Below, one piece after another: positions 35,689 through 44,276 of a DNA stretch of 64,000 nucleotides. The DNA is taken from the IMG/VR virus record IMGVR_UViG_3300045999_008996, positions 124,001-188,000 of that record; one strand, given 5' to 3'. The first letter of the stretch is position 1. Each line of letters starts with the position of its first letter. Position numbers and translations under genes: made by a program. Below the pieces are notes generated by a model. That model worked only from the letters and a program-made list of their open reading frames with translations, had not been told where the DNA came from and searched no databases.

Positions 35689-36378
35689 TATCTTTTCTTC
35701 CAAAGGTTTTCTTTCTACGTGAAATAACTCTCTATTATCATATATCCATTGCCACATAGATATTCTCATATCTTCTGGAACTAATGGATCAATCCAGGAA
35801 CTAATTTCACTTTCTCTATCTCCAACAAGGATTCCGCTTTTATTGTAAGTGCGTATTCTTGTAATATTGTATTCACCAGTATAATCTACTTGTTTGTCAG
35901 CAATTTCATCAGCAACCTAAAAGTCAATATCTGCTTGAACACGCTCATAATGAGTTTTCATAAAAGTAACATCCAATTCAACATCACCGTTTTCTGGTCT
36001 ATAAGGATGTGAAACACCATTCACACAAACTTCAAGTGTTCCTGGATGTAGTTTATTTTGAGTTGGGAATACTTGGCAGATTAATGGTTTAGGAATCAAC
36101 CAGGATGTTTTCGTTAAAGCAAAGTATGGAATTCCAATAGAGAGAGTAATTGGTATTCCAAAAGCAAGTATTCTTTTTCGGTGACTGTTAATTATCGTCT
36201 GGGCAGCTTCACCAAGATCTTTTGTTCTAGCAGCGTGGATTACCAAAAGATTACGAAACGATTGTAGTCTTTTACGAAATCCAAGTTCATATTGCGATTC
36301 TTCAGCAACAAGTATCATATTATCCAGCTTCTGTAACAAGACCACATGATCTGTGTTGTTACATTGCTCGGCGGGCAT
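35599..36378 (-). pseudogene. 259-codon membrane-protein gene interrupted by one in-frame TAG at 35917-35919 (nonsense allele or readthrough)
   Basis: After ..QADIDF-TAG the same frame stays open for 105 codons (VADEIADKQVDY..LGSAGITIYRFIKAGL-TGA) and has no start codon near the TAG. Confidence 0.7.
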
Positions 36379-36422
36379 TTATTTAATACTAGACGATATG
36401 ACTATTTATTGATTGTAACAAA

Positions 36423-36881
36423 TTATGAAAACCAAAGTTTACCTTCTGCAACTCTTCTTCTCTTCAATCCCGCTTCCACACTTGTTCCTGGGTTATGATA
36501 AAGATATAAAGCATCAGGTACCTTAGTCCATTCTTTATTTTTAAGAACTCTGGTTATGGTATTAAAATTGGAAGACCCGTAAAAACCAGCACCAAGATTA
36601 TAAGCAAAAGAAAGAAGTGCTCCTTTTTGATTTTCATTCATTTCACTCCAGTAAGGTATTCTTTGTAGTGATGGCAAAAATCTATTCTTTAAATCAAATT
36701 CAAGTAGAGTGTCTGCATACTTTTGAGTAATCACTCTACCTATTTTGAAGGGTGTCCCATCAAAGTCTTTAGTGCTTCCCCAACCAATTGTAATCGGCGG
36801 TCCTTTTGTTAAAGGATCTGGATAAGCATTTAAATGACATCCTTCAAACTCTTTGATTAAATTAATGCCAACCAACGGCAC
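36423..36881 (-). CDS. GH24 phage lysozyme domain (GTG start; probably reached by -1 frameshift from the upstream gene)
   Basis: IKEFEG..AY.D..TIGWGST..ALLSFAYNLG..GL.RRR..E. Confidence 0.9.
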   Translation of the reverse strand: MPLVGINLIKEFEGCHLNAYPDPLTKGPPITIGWGSTKDFDGTPFKIGRVITQKYADTLLEFDLKNRFLPSLQRIPYWSEMNENQKGALLSFAYNLGAGFYGSSNFNTITRVLKNKEWTKVPDALYLYHNPGTSVEAGLKRRRVAEGKLWFS

Positions 36882-36923
36882 TTCATTGGCATTATTAATG
36901 TTAGTTGGCGCTTCTACTTTTTT
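36867..36923 (-). promoter_or_regulatory. -1 programmed ribosomal frameshift signal
   Basis: A AAA AAG (36923-36917) directly before TAG, 7-nt spacer, 10-bp stem GCCAACTAAC/GTTGGTTGGC; the -1 frame is the lysozyme frame. Confidence 0.8.
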
Positions 36924-37609
36924 GCATCAAAAATACGACCCCAACCAGTCTTATCTCTTCCTTTTTCTAACCAACGATAAGTAAGGTCTGACTTTTTATA
37001 GACTGAACCTTTACCATTCGTAACTGGTCCAGTGTAACCATCGTTTAGAGAACCATAAGGATCGTTAACAACGTAGTCCTCACCTTTCTTTCCAATCACT
37101 ACAACCATGTGCCCGCCAGTAGGATTAGATAAAGAGCCGCGGTGCAGGATACCAATAACGACAGGTCTCCCAGCAGATAACTCACGATCAAGATCAACAA
37201 ACCCAAGATTGTAACTAAAGCGTGACTTAATTCCATAATTTTCCAGAACTTTTGTCTGGACGGTGTGATCAGTTGAATCACCAATCGCAAAAACTTTTTG
37301 GACATAGGCATCATCGCCTTTTGCTCCTTGAAGCGTACCTGGTTTGAAATACTCTAGGCACATCGCACAAGCAGATGAGTTGCAAGTTCTTTGTGCATCT
37401 CTATAATTATCTGTTTGTGGATAAAAAGGAACAGGAAGAACTCCAGGAACAGTTGGTTTTGTTCTATAAATTCTAACCCAATTAGAAGTGTCTTCAAGCA
37501 AATCTGGGTTCTTACTTACAAGATCAACCTCAAATTGTTCTACAGCAGCAACATGCTTTGGATTGTTCTCATCATAATGTTTAAAAAAGTTATGAAGATC
37601 TACTCTCAT
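36914..37609 (-). CDS. Peptidase C39-like protein (putative endolysin N-terminal part)
   Basis: VPFYPQ..TCNSSACAM (Cys), GGHMVVVIG (His), VNDPYG (Asp); late promoter AATAAATA upstream. Confidence 0.85.
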   Translation of the reverse strand: MRVDLHNFFKHYDENNPKHVAAVEQFEVDLVSKNPDLLEDTSNWVRIYRTKPTVPGVLPVPFYPQTDNYRDAQRTCNSSACAMCLEYFKPGTLQGAKGDDAYVQKVFAIGDSTDHTVQTKVLENYGIKSRFSYNLGFVDLDRELSAGRPVVIGILHRGSLSNPTGGHMVVVIGKKGEDYVVNDPYGSLNDGYTGPVTNGKGSVYKKSDLTYRWLEKGRDKTGWGRIFDAKK

Positions 37610-37640
37610 TGTCTCTATTAATTAGATATTTTATTTATTA

Positions 37641-37664
37641 AAAAAGCGTCCTTTCGGACGCTTT
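37641..37664 (-). terminator. Terminator after peroxiredoxin
   Basis: AAGCGTCC-GAAA-GGACGCTT-TTTT. Confidence 0.8.
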
Positions 37665-37673
37665 TGAGTATCT

Positions 37674-38201
37674 TCAAACAGTTGCAGTTTCTCGAACTGT
37701 AGATTTTACATAATCCAGAACATTCTCTGGAGTAGTTGCTTCGTAAGGGTCACTGTCTGCATTGTCTCGCTGACCTGCCTCAACGAATAGTTTTTCGATG
37801 ATTCCGTTATCCACGACTGCAGCATAACGCCAAGAGCGGTCGCCGAAACCAAGGTTAGACTTATTGACGAGCATACCCATAGAGCGTGTGAAGTAAGCAT
37901 TTCCGTCTGGGATAAGTTTTACGTTCTTGATGTTCTGATCTTGTCCCCAAGCATTCATTACAAACCCATCATTAACAGAGATGCAGTAAATAGCGTCGAT
38001 GCCACTACCAATAAAGTCTTCGTATTTCTCTTCGAATCCAGGAAGCTGATAGGAACTGCAAGTAGGAGTGAAAGCACCAGGCAGACTAAACAAGACCACA
38101 CGCTTTCCATCGAAAAGTTCTGCAGTTGTGCAATTTACAAACTCTCCATTCTCGCGGAATACAAATTCAACTTGAGGAACTTGGTATTGTTCTTTACGCA
38201 T
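37674..38201 (-). CDS. prx: Type II peroxiredoxin (Prx5-like)
   Basis: FSLPGAFTPTCSSYQLPG, SVNDGFVMNAW, DRSWRYA; GGAGG RBS before MRKEQY. Confidence 0.92.
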   Translation of the reverse strand: MRKEQYQVPQVEFVFRENGEFVNCTTAELFDGKRVVLFSLPGAFTPTCSSYQLPGFEEKYEDFIGSGIDAIYCISVNDGFVMNAWGQDQNIKNVKLIPDGNAYFTRSMGMLVNKSNLGFGDRSWRYAAVVDNGIIEKLFVEAGQRDNADSDPYEATTPENVLDYVKSTVRETATV

Positions 38202-38250
38202 TTTAACCTCCATAGTATTTTCTTTTTTCTTAAAAATATTAAACATTAAT

Positions 38251-38358
38251 TCACCAGATTCCTGGAATGATTTGTCCAGTAAGGGCATAAGAACCCATTG
38301 CGGCAACAATACCAATCATTGCTGCCCAACCATTAATACGTTCTGCGCGTTCGTTCAT
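38251..38358 (-). CDS. hli: High-light-inducible protein (35 aa; missing from ORF track)
   Basis: AERINGWAAMIG chlorophyll-binding motif and TGQIIPGIW. Confidence 0.9.
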   Translation of the reverse strand: MNERAERINGWAAMIGIVAAMGSYALTGQIIPGIW

Positions 38359-38370
38359 TGTTTTTCTCCT

Positions 38371-38556
38371 TTAGTTTACTTTAGAATAGATAGAAGTTTC
38401 ACCATAATCACGGTGAATTTTGTAACCAACAACTGCACCCTTAGTATTCATAAGTGCAGGCATAAAGACAATTGTGAAGAATACTGCTGGTGCTCCAATA
38501 AACAGAGCAGCAACAATCACATAATAAGTCAGCAGTTCAATTAGAGAGTGTTCCAT
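38371..38556 (-). CDS. Small membrane protein
   Basis: MEHSLIELLTYYVIVAALFIGAPAVFF.. Confidence 0.6.
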   Translation of the reverse strand: MEHSLIELLTYYVIVAALFIGAPAVFFTIVFMPALMNTKGAVVGYKIHRDYGETSIYSKVN

Positions 38557-38815
38557 TATAAGGGTGTTGTTGTTTGAGTTCAGGATTTGGTTGTGAAGGA
38601 ACAACTGGGTTCCTTGATTTGTTTTTAATTACGATGAAAGCATCGTTTTGATAAGATACAGTTCCAAATGGTTTTGCCCATTTTGGGTTTGCGTTTGGAC
38701 TAGTAGCAGTTCCTGTGACTGCTACTCCACCAATTTCAACTGAGATGTCATCATCTTTATCCCATCCAAGTGTTTGAAGTGCAATTGCAAATTGCCCTAG
38801 CATATCAGCACTCAT
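38537..38815 (-). CDS. Conserved cyanophage hypothetical protein
   Basis: 92-aa coupled ORF. Confidence 0.6.
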   Translation of the reverse strand: MSADMLGQFAIALQTLGWDKDDDISVEIGGVAVTGTATSPNANPKWAKPFGTVSYQNDAFIVIKNKSRNPVVPSQPNPELKQQHPYNGTLSN

Positions 38816-39246
38816 CAGAATGCCTTTCCGAGAACATCACGAACTTCTGTTACAGAGTCATAATTATCTCCAGCAACAGAGATGATTGCTTGAGTATCAC
38901 GGCACCAGACAAGCACTTTCATATTACCAACTGTTGCCCATTGTGAATTACTATTGCTATCAGACATATCACGAGCACCAAGTTCAAAAAACTTAGAGCG
39001 AGCAGTATTCCGACAAGCAATGTTATTTGGAGTGGAACGAACACCAAGAGACATTGAAGGGGGAGTAGATCCTCCAGAACTAAGAGCACCAAACGTAGCA
39101 GCAGTGCGACCACCAACTTCAGATTTAACTGGTGCAGATGCCATTACAACTGGTTTTGGTGAAGTAACTTCTTCAGCAAGAATTGGAGCACAAAAAGGAG
39201 TAACAGGAATTGCTACGGCAGCAGCAAGAAGAATATTATTAATCAT
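38815..39246 (-). CDS. Putative secreted hypothetical protein
   Basis: Signal-like [15 protein letters not shown]; GGAGG/AGAG-rich RBS. Confidence 0.55.
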   Translation of the reverse strand: MINNILLAAAVAIPVTPFCAPILAEEVTSPKPVVMASAPVKSEVGGRTAATFGALSSGGSTPPSMSLGVRSTPNNIACRNTARSKFFELGARDMSDSNSNSQWATVGNMKVLVWCRDTQAIISVAGDNYDSVTEVRDVLGKAF

Positions 39247-39539
39247 CACAGATTCTCTTCCTGTTCGGCGAGAATTACACAATCACTTGTGGGATAAGCA
39301 ACGCAAGTGAGAACCCAACCTTCTGCTTGTTGGTCATCATCAAGAAACGATTGTTCTTCGTTGTCAACTGTGCCGCTAATGAGTTTCCCAGCACAGGCAG
39401 AGCAAGCACCTGCCTTACATGATGAAGGGAGGTCAACACCTGCCTCTTCTGCTGCTTCAAGGATATATTGGTCATCAGCACATTGGATAGTAGTTTCAGT
39501 GCCATCAGGAGATTGGAGAGTGACGTTAAAAGTAGCCAT
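39246..39539 (-). CDS. petF: Plant-type [2Fe-2S] ferredoxin
   Basis: [24 protein letters not shown]. Confidence 0.96.
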   Translation of the reverse strand: MATFNVTLQSPDGTETTIQCADDQYILEAAEEAGVDLPSSCKAGACSACAGKLISGTVDNEEQSFLDDDQQAEGWVLTCVAYPTSDCVILAEQEENL

Positions 39540-39625
39540 TAGTAAGTCTCACAAAGTTTTTCTACGGATGCTGCCAACAGAACGAAGAAGGCAACGGATG
39601 TCATTGTAAACAAGAGTGAAGTCAT
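39539..39625 (-). CDS. Small hydrophobic peptide (28 aa)
   Basis: [28 protein letters not shown]; TAATG coupling to petF. Confidence 0.5.
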   Translation of the reverse strand: MTSLLFTMTSVAFFVLLAASVEKLCETY

Positions 39626-39634
39626 TGTCAAGTC

Positions 39635-39856
39635 TCAAATTACTCCAAAGAAGAGGTGCCCAGTGAGAGCATAAGAAATAAAACCAGCAATAATCCCGAG
39701 CATTGCAGTGCGTCCATTCATTTTCTCCGCTTTTTCTGCATAGGGTTCGATGCCATAACGCTCAAGGTCTTCCTTGGTCATATACATCGCGGGTTCTTTG
39801 GCAAACATATTCATTTGCCCAAATTCGTTTTTTGTTACAGTCATTGTTACATTCAT
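39635..39856 (-). CDS. hli: High-light-inducible protein
   Basis: AEKMNGRTAMLG motif; TTGACA-17-TATAAT promoter at 39873-39901. Confidence 0.9.
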   Translation of the reverse strand: MNVTMTVTKNEFGQMNMFAKEPAMYMTKEDLERYGIEPYAEKAEKMNGRTAMLGIIAGFISYALTGHLFFGVI

Positions 39857-39939
39857 TAAGAATTGTTACACAATTATATAGGAAAAATAAAGGGATGTCA
39901 AGCACCCCCTGTATCATATGATACTTATTTTGTTAAGGT

Positions 39940-40902
39940 TTACTGACCAATACGGTTCACAGCAATCCTTGCACGGTTCAAAATAGAACCAGACAGAGGA
40001 ACATAACCCAAATCATCAGCAATACTTTGTGCCTTAGAGCTCAGAGCATAGTTCAGAGCAGCACGAATATTACTTGTCTTTGCACCATTACCAGTGCGAT
40101 ATGCAAGAACCCAAGTCAGAGTAGAAATAGGATATGCATTTGCACCAGCAGGATTTGGGTTTTCGCCAGCAAGGTTTGCGTCCAGTTTGATGTTGTTCAG
40201 AGCAGCGGCACCAGTTGCAGCGGTGGGAAGAACAAACTTACCTGCCTTGTTTTGAATTGCTGCTGCTTGAATGCGATTTGCTTTTACAAATCCAGTGTTC
40301 ACATAACCGATAGAACCAGGGGTCTGACGGATGCGACCAGAAACACCTTCATTACCCTTTGCACCAACACCAGTAGGCCATTTAACTGCCTTACCTACAC
40401 CTGGACCCCATCCACCAAAAGCAGCAAGAGAGTTAGTGAATGCATAAGTGGTTCCAGAACCATCAGAACGATACACAGGAGTGATAGGACCAGCAGAACA
40501 ACCAAGTGCTTTCCAATCCCTAATACGACCAGCAAAAATATCTACAGTCTGCTTCTGGGTGAGTTTCAGATTGCATCCTTTCTTGTTATAAGCAACAGCA
40601 ATCGTTCCACCAACCATAGGAATCTGAACGACACCACGCTTTACTTTGGCGACATCTGCTGCGGAGATTGGTTCGTCACTTGCTCCAAAGTCAATTGTGC
40701 CCGCAATGAATTGACGAACACCAGCACCAGAACCAACGGACTGATAATTAACCCTACTCCCAGAAGTTCGTGCATAATCTTGGAACCATCGTTGATAAAT
40801 GGGTGCGGGGAAGGTGGCACCAGCACTGTTCAGAGCAGGTCCAGCGAAAGCAGCAACAGGAGCAGCAACCAGACCAACAGCAATAAAGTTTTTGAGTTTC
40901 AT
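39940..40902 (-). CDS. pstS: Phosphate ABC transporter substrate-binding protein
   Basis: AGATFP, YQSVGSGAG, DFGASD, RSDGSGTT, GAKGNEGV, YPIST.TW. Confidence 0.96.
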   Translation of the reverse strand: MKLKNFIAVGLVAAPVAAFAGPALNSAGATFPAPIYQRWFQDYARTSGSRVNYQSVGSGAGVRQFIAGTIDFGASDEPISAADVAKVKRGVVQIPMVGGTIAVAYNKKGCNLKLTQKQTVDIFAGRIRDWKALGCSAGPITPVYRSDGSGTTYAFTNSLAAFGGWGPGVGKAVKWPTGVGAKGNEGVSGRIRQTPGSIGYVNTGFVKANRIQAAAIQNKAGKFVLPTAATGAAALNNIKLDANLAGENPNPAGANAYPISTLTWVLAYRTGNGAKTSNIRAALNYALSSKAQSIADDLGYVPLSGSILNRARIAVNRIGQ

Positions 40903-40944
40903 AAAAAGTGAATAACTTCGTAAGTAATAATACTAGAAGACAAT

Positions 40945-40971
40945 CTTAAAGTCCACTAAGATTTGGTTAAG
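40945..40971 (-). promoter_or_regulatory. Putative cyanobacterial Pho box upstream of pstS
   Basis: CTTAACC-AAAT-CTTAGTG-GAC-TTTAAG: TTAA-like half-sites about 11 bp apart. Confidence 0.45.
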
Positions 40972-41037
40972 GTTTTCATTACCTAACAAAAAAGTCACCC
41001 CATTTGGAGTGACCTAACTCAACTTATGAGTGGATTA

Positions 41038-42501
41038 TCAGAACTTGAAGGTAGTCTGGATTACACCACCCCAGTTAGAGGAGTTATTAGCAAGACGTTG
41101 GTTATCGCTACCATAGATAATAGCGGGAGTAACGCTGATGTTATCAGACACTTGATACTTGTAGAAGATTTCAAGCATCGTGGACTTCTCAAGGTTTTTG
41201 CCAGTAGGTGCTTGACCGATAGCAACACCAGCAGAGTTACCATCAACAAACACATCGTCCCAGGTCAGACCAGCAAACCAAGATTGACTGTTAGTGGCAT
41301 CACTTTGAGTGCCACTAACAGTATTCCAACCATAACCGCCAGAGATAGAGGGAACCCAACCAGATTGAGTAGGTTGCCAATATGCGTTTACAGCGTAACC
41401 ATTGGAGGTTTGACCAGGAACCAGAGTGCCAGAAGCACCGTTCAATCCGTTGTAGATGCGAACACGAGTACCTTCAGTGCCATAACGATAACCGAAAGCA
41501 GCACCCCAGTTAGTACCACGATATCCAATTTGTGCCAGGGTGTTGAGAGCACCAGACTTATCAAACTCACCAGTTGCACTATCAGCACCATTCTGTGCCA
41601 CATAGTTTACACCAGCAACCAGACCTTTAGTTCCATACTGAACACCGAAACCGGAACCAGTTGCTTTATTATAAACACCTGGAGCACCTGCTACTTGGAA
41701 GAAGTCAAGAATGTTTGACTTATATGCAGTAGGAATCCAAGAGATTTCAGTATTACGAACAAGAGCACCAGCAGTCAGAGTAGTGCTGCCATTGAATACG
41801 GGGAACTGATAATAGAGACGATCAATAACTACGTTATTACCAACTTCACTAGTGGTATTATCTGCTTTATCTAGTTTAAAGATTGAAGAACTAGAACCAA
41901 AAGGATCTCCACTGAAGTTAGAAGAACGCAGACGAGTACGAAGCAGATCCTGACCAGTGAATGAAGTGTCCAGATTCAAACGCAGATCATAGTTGAATGC
42001 AGTATGAGTTACATCACCACCTTTGGTCTGGTAGTCATCAACACCACCAAGAACGAAAGATGCTTCACCTCGAAGTTTTGTAGTGGTGGAAAACTGATGT
42101 GCTTCAAGAGCAGTAACCTGTGCTTCCAGTTTGTCTACGCGACCACGAAGAACAGCAAGTTCTTGAGCAAACTCTGCTTGAAGACGCTTGAGTTCATCAG
42201 TAACCTCAGTCACACGATCGAGACAAGCATTCAAAAGTGCTGCTGCCTCGTATCGGGTCATTGCACGACCACCACCAAAGGTTCCATTGGGATATCCAGC
42301 AACGCAACCATAACGCTCTACAAGGTTGCTGAGTGCCTGATATGCCCAATCGGTAGGGCGAACATCAGAAAATTGAGTGACGCTTGTGACCTGTTCCGAA
42401 GAATATTGGTTGACTCCATTCATATCAAGATCTGCTGCAATCGCAGCAGGAGCAACCATTCCCAGAGCAACAGGTGCAAGCATCAGTTGTTTGAGTTTCA
42501 T
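41038..42501 (-). CDS. som: Som-type outer-membrane porin (SLH domain plus beta-barrel)
   Basis: FSDVRPTDWAYQAL..LVERYGCVAGYP..TRYE.AA.LNACL SLH region, QFSTTTKL.GE, terminal TTFKF. Confidence 0.92.
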   Translation of the reverse strand: MKLKQLMLAPVALGMVAPAAIAADLDMNGVNQYSSEQVTSVTQFSDVRPTDWAYQALSNLVERYGCVAGYPNGTFGGGRAMTRYEAAALLNACLDRVTEVTDELKRLQAEFAQELAVLRGRVDKLEAQVTALEAHQFSTTTKLRGEASFVLGGVDDYQTKGGDVTHTAFNYDLRLNLDTSFTGQDLLRTRLRSSNFSGDPFGSSSSIFKLDKADNTTSEVGNNVVIDRLYYQFPVFNGSTTLTAGALVRNTEISWIPTAYKSNILDFFQVAGAPGVYNKATGSGFGVQYGTKGLVAGVNYVAQNGADSATGEFDKSGALNTLAQIGYRGTNWGAAFGYRYGTEGTRVRIYNGLNGASGTLVPGQTSNGYAVNAYWQPTQSGWVPSISGGYGWNTVSGTQSDATNSQSWFAGLTWDDVFVDGNSAGVAIGQAPTGKNLEKSTMLEIFYKYQVSDNISVTPAIIYGSDNQRLANNSSNWGGVIQTTFKF

Positions 42502-42595
42502 AAAAGTGTTTTAGTACTAAACGACATTTAGATTGTTAAGAATTACTACAGAATTCTTAAGTACTTATTTAGTGTAGCAGTAAATTCTAGAGGTG

Positions 42596-43396
42596 TCAAG
42601 AGGTTTGTTGTGCTGCAGTATTTTCGGTTATCCTACCCAAATAAGGGTTATAATCTGTAATTTGTTCTGCAGTTAGGTCACTTCCTTGGGTTTTCCAGAA
42701 ATTGAGTATTCCATCATGACTATTACGGTGAAAAACATCGATGTGTTCCGGATGAATAGTTGATCCCAATTCTAATCTGTAAAGTAACAAGGGAGTTGCA
42801 TAAGTTACACCAGAATTATAGATCAAATCATCAGCAACTGCTCTGGGTTTAACTCCATTATCAAGTTTATACTTATCACCACGAATATGATTATTAATTA
42901 ATTTTTGAGCATGATGACGAGTAATTACATAACAGGCAGTGGAAAAATCATTTACGAATCTATTATGAATAGGGACTACAATGTCTCCCGTACAAATGAT
43001 TGCAAGTTGAATTACATCCCAAGCATAAGGAGCACGAGCAATAAAATCTTGCCAGGTAAAATTCCAATACTTGACTAAATCTAAATTACAATCATCTTCC
43101 ATGATAATTGCATATGGACTATCAGAGGTTTCCATCCAATACTTAATTGCCTTCAAATGAGAAGTTGTACATCCAATCTCACCAGAGGTCATCATATCTG
43201 GATACTTACCTTTAATGATATCACTCAAATCATCTTCACGACCATCATATGCAGAGATGCGAGTATAATTTTCTATTTCCCAATACTTAAATTGGTCCTC
43301 CATATATTTTTGTCTTTCTGGTTGACCATCAAGATTCAAATAATAAATTGGACCAAAATTTTTGAGTTTATAAGTAGATTTATTTTTGTCCATCAA
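42596..43396 (-). CDS. Glycosyltransferase family 25-like
   Basis: YYLNLD...ER..RISAYDG..GEIGC..SH..W..I.EDD. Confidence 0.8.
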   Translation of the reverse strand: MMDKNKSTYKLKNFGPIYYLNLDGQPERQKYMEDQFKYWEIENYTRISAYDGREDDLSDIIKGKYPDMMTSGEIGCTTSHLKAIKYWMETSDSPYAIIMEDDCNLDLVKYWNFTWQDFIARAPYAWDVIQLAIICTGDIVVPIHNRFVNDFSTACYVITRHHAQKLINNHIRGDKYKLDNGVKPRAVADDLIYNSGVTYATPLLLYRLELGSTIHPEHIDVFHRNSHDGILNFWKTQGSDLTAEQITDYNPYLGRITENTAAQQTS

Positions 43397-44276
43397 TCCA
43401 TTCCTTCAAATTTACTTTTGGTTCCCACCCAAATACTTTTTTAATTTTGAAATTATCTGCAAGAGTAACTTTTGTTTCTCCAATTCTAGGAGGAATGCAC
43501 TCCACATTATCGGAAATAAATGAAGCAACTTCTTTGATTGAATAATTTTTTCCAGTTCCTACATTGTAAACCTGCCCATAATGCACGTCTTTAACATTTG
43601 AAGTTGTAACAATAATATTAGCATTTACAACATCACTAACATGAGTAAAATCTCTTCTTTGTTCCCCTTCTCCTATAATAGTTAATGCTTTTCCATCTCT
43701 TCTTTGTCTTAAAAAAATTCCAACTACAGGCGCATATTGTCCTCGAAGAGGTTGATGTTCTCCATAAACGTTAAAATATCTAAAGATAATAGTTTTTAAT
43801 CCATACAAATCATTATACATTTTACAAAGTTTCTCACCACTAACTTTGGAAATAGAGTATGCATTTAAACAATCATCTAACTGAGTTTCTACATTTGGAA
43901 CACTATTCATTCCATAAGCAGAAGATGTTGAAGAGTATATCACGCACTTAACACCTGCCTCCCTAGAACACTGCAGTACCGTACAAGTGCCCACAGAATT
44001 AATGCTTACTGCCTCAATTGGATTCAGGATTGCAGGCTGAATACGTGCCTCTGCTGCAAGGTGAAACACATAATCTACGCCATCATAAAGAGAGCGTGTG
44101 TTTTCATAGTCACGAATATCATACTTATAATTCTGTGCATTATCGTTCCAATAGAACTGATCATGGGTGTCAGAAAACTCATTATCAATTACAATGACCT
44201 CATGTCCTATACTGATTAATTTATCTACAAGATTTGAACCAATAAATCCTGCTCCGCCAGTTACTAAACTTTTCAT
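43380..44276 (-). CDS. NAD-dependent epimerase/dehydratase (extended SDR)
   Basis: TGGAGFIGS, SSTSSAYG, YSISK, RYFNVYG, RDFTHVSD. Confidence 0.92.
   Translation of the reverse strand: MKSLVTGGAGFIGSNLVDKLISIGHEVIVIDNEFSDTHDQFYWNDNAQNYKYDIRDYENTRSLYDGVDYVFHLAAEARIQPAILNPIEAVSINSVGTCTVLQCSREAGVKCVIYSSTSSAYGMNSVPNVETQLDDCLNAYSISKVSGEKLCKMYNDLYGLKTIIFRYFNVYGEHQPLRGQYAPVVGIFLRQRRDGKALTIIGEGEQRRDFTHVSDVVNANIIVTTSNVKDVHYGQVYNVGTGKNYSIKEVASFISDNVECIPPRIGETKVTLADNFKIKKVFGWEPKVNLKEWIDGQK

Noticed and set aside
35917-35919. Genome-wide amber (TAG) reassignment
   Set aside because: TAG works as a normal stop elsewhere (gp26 at 16522-16524, where read-through would add only 4 residues), core genes are not fragmented, and none of the 22 tRNAs has a CUA anticodon
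40027-42531. Long + strand ORFs (294, 230 and 175 aa) opposite pstS and the porin
   Set aside because: Antisense shadows of strongly biased real genes; Ser/Thr/Cys-rich and without motifs or RBS
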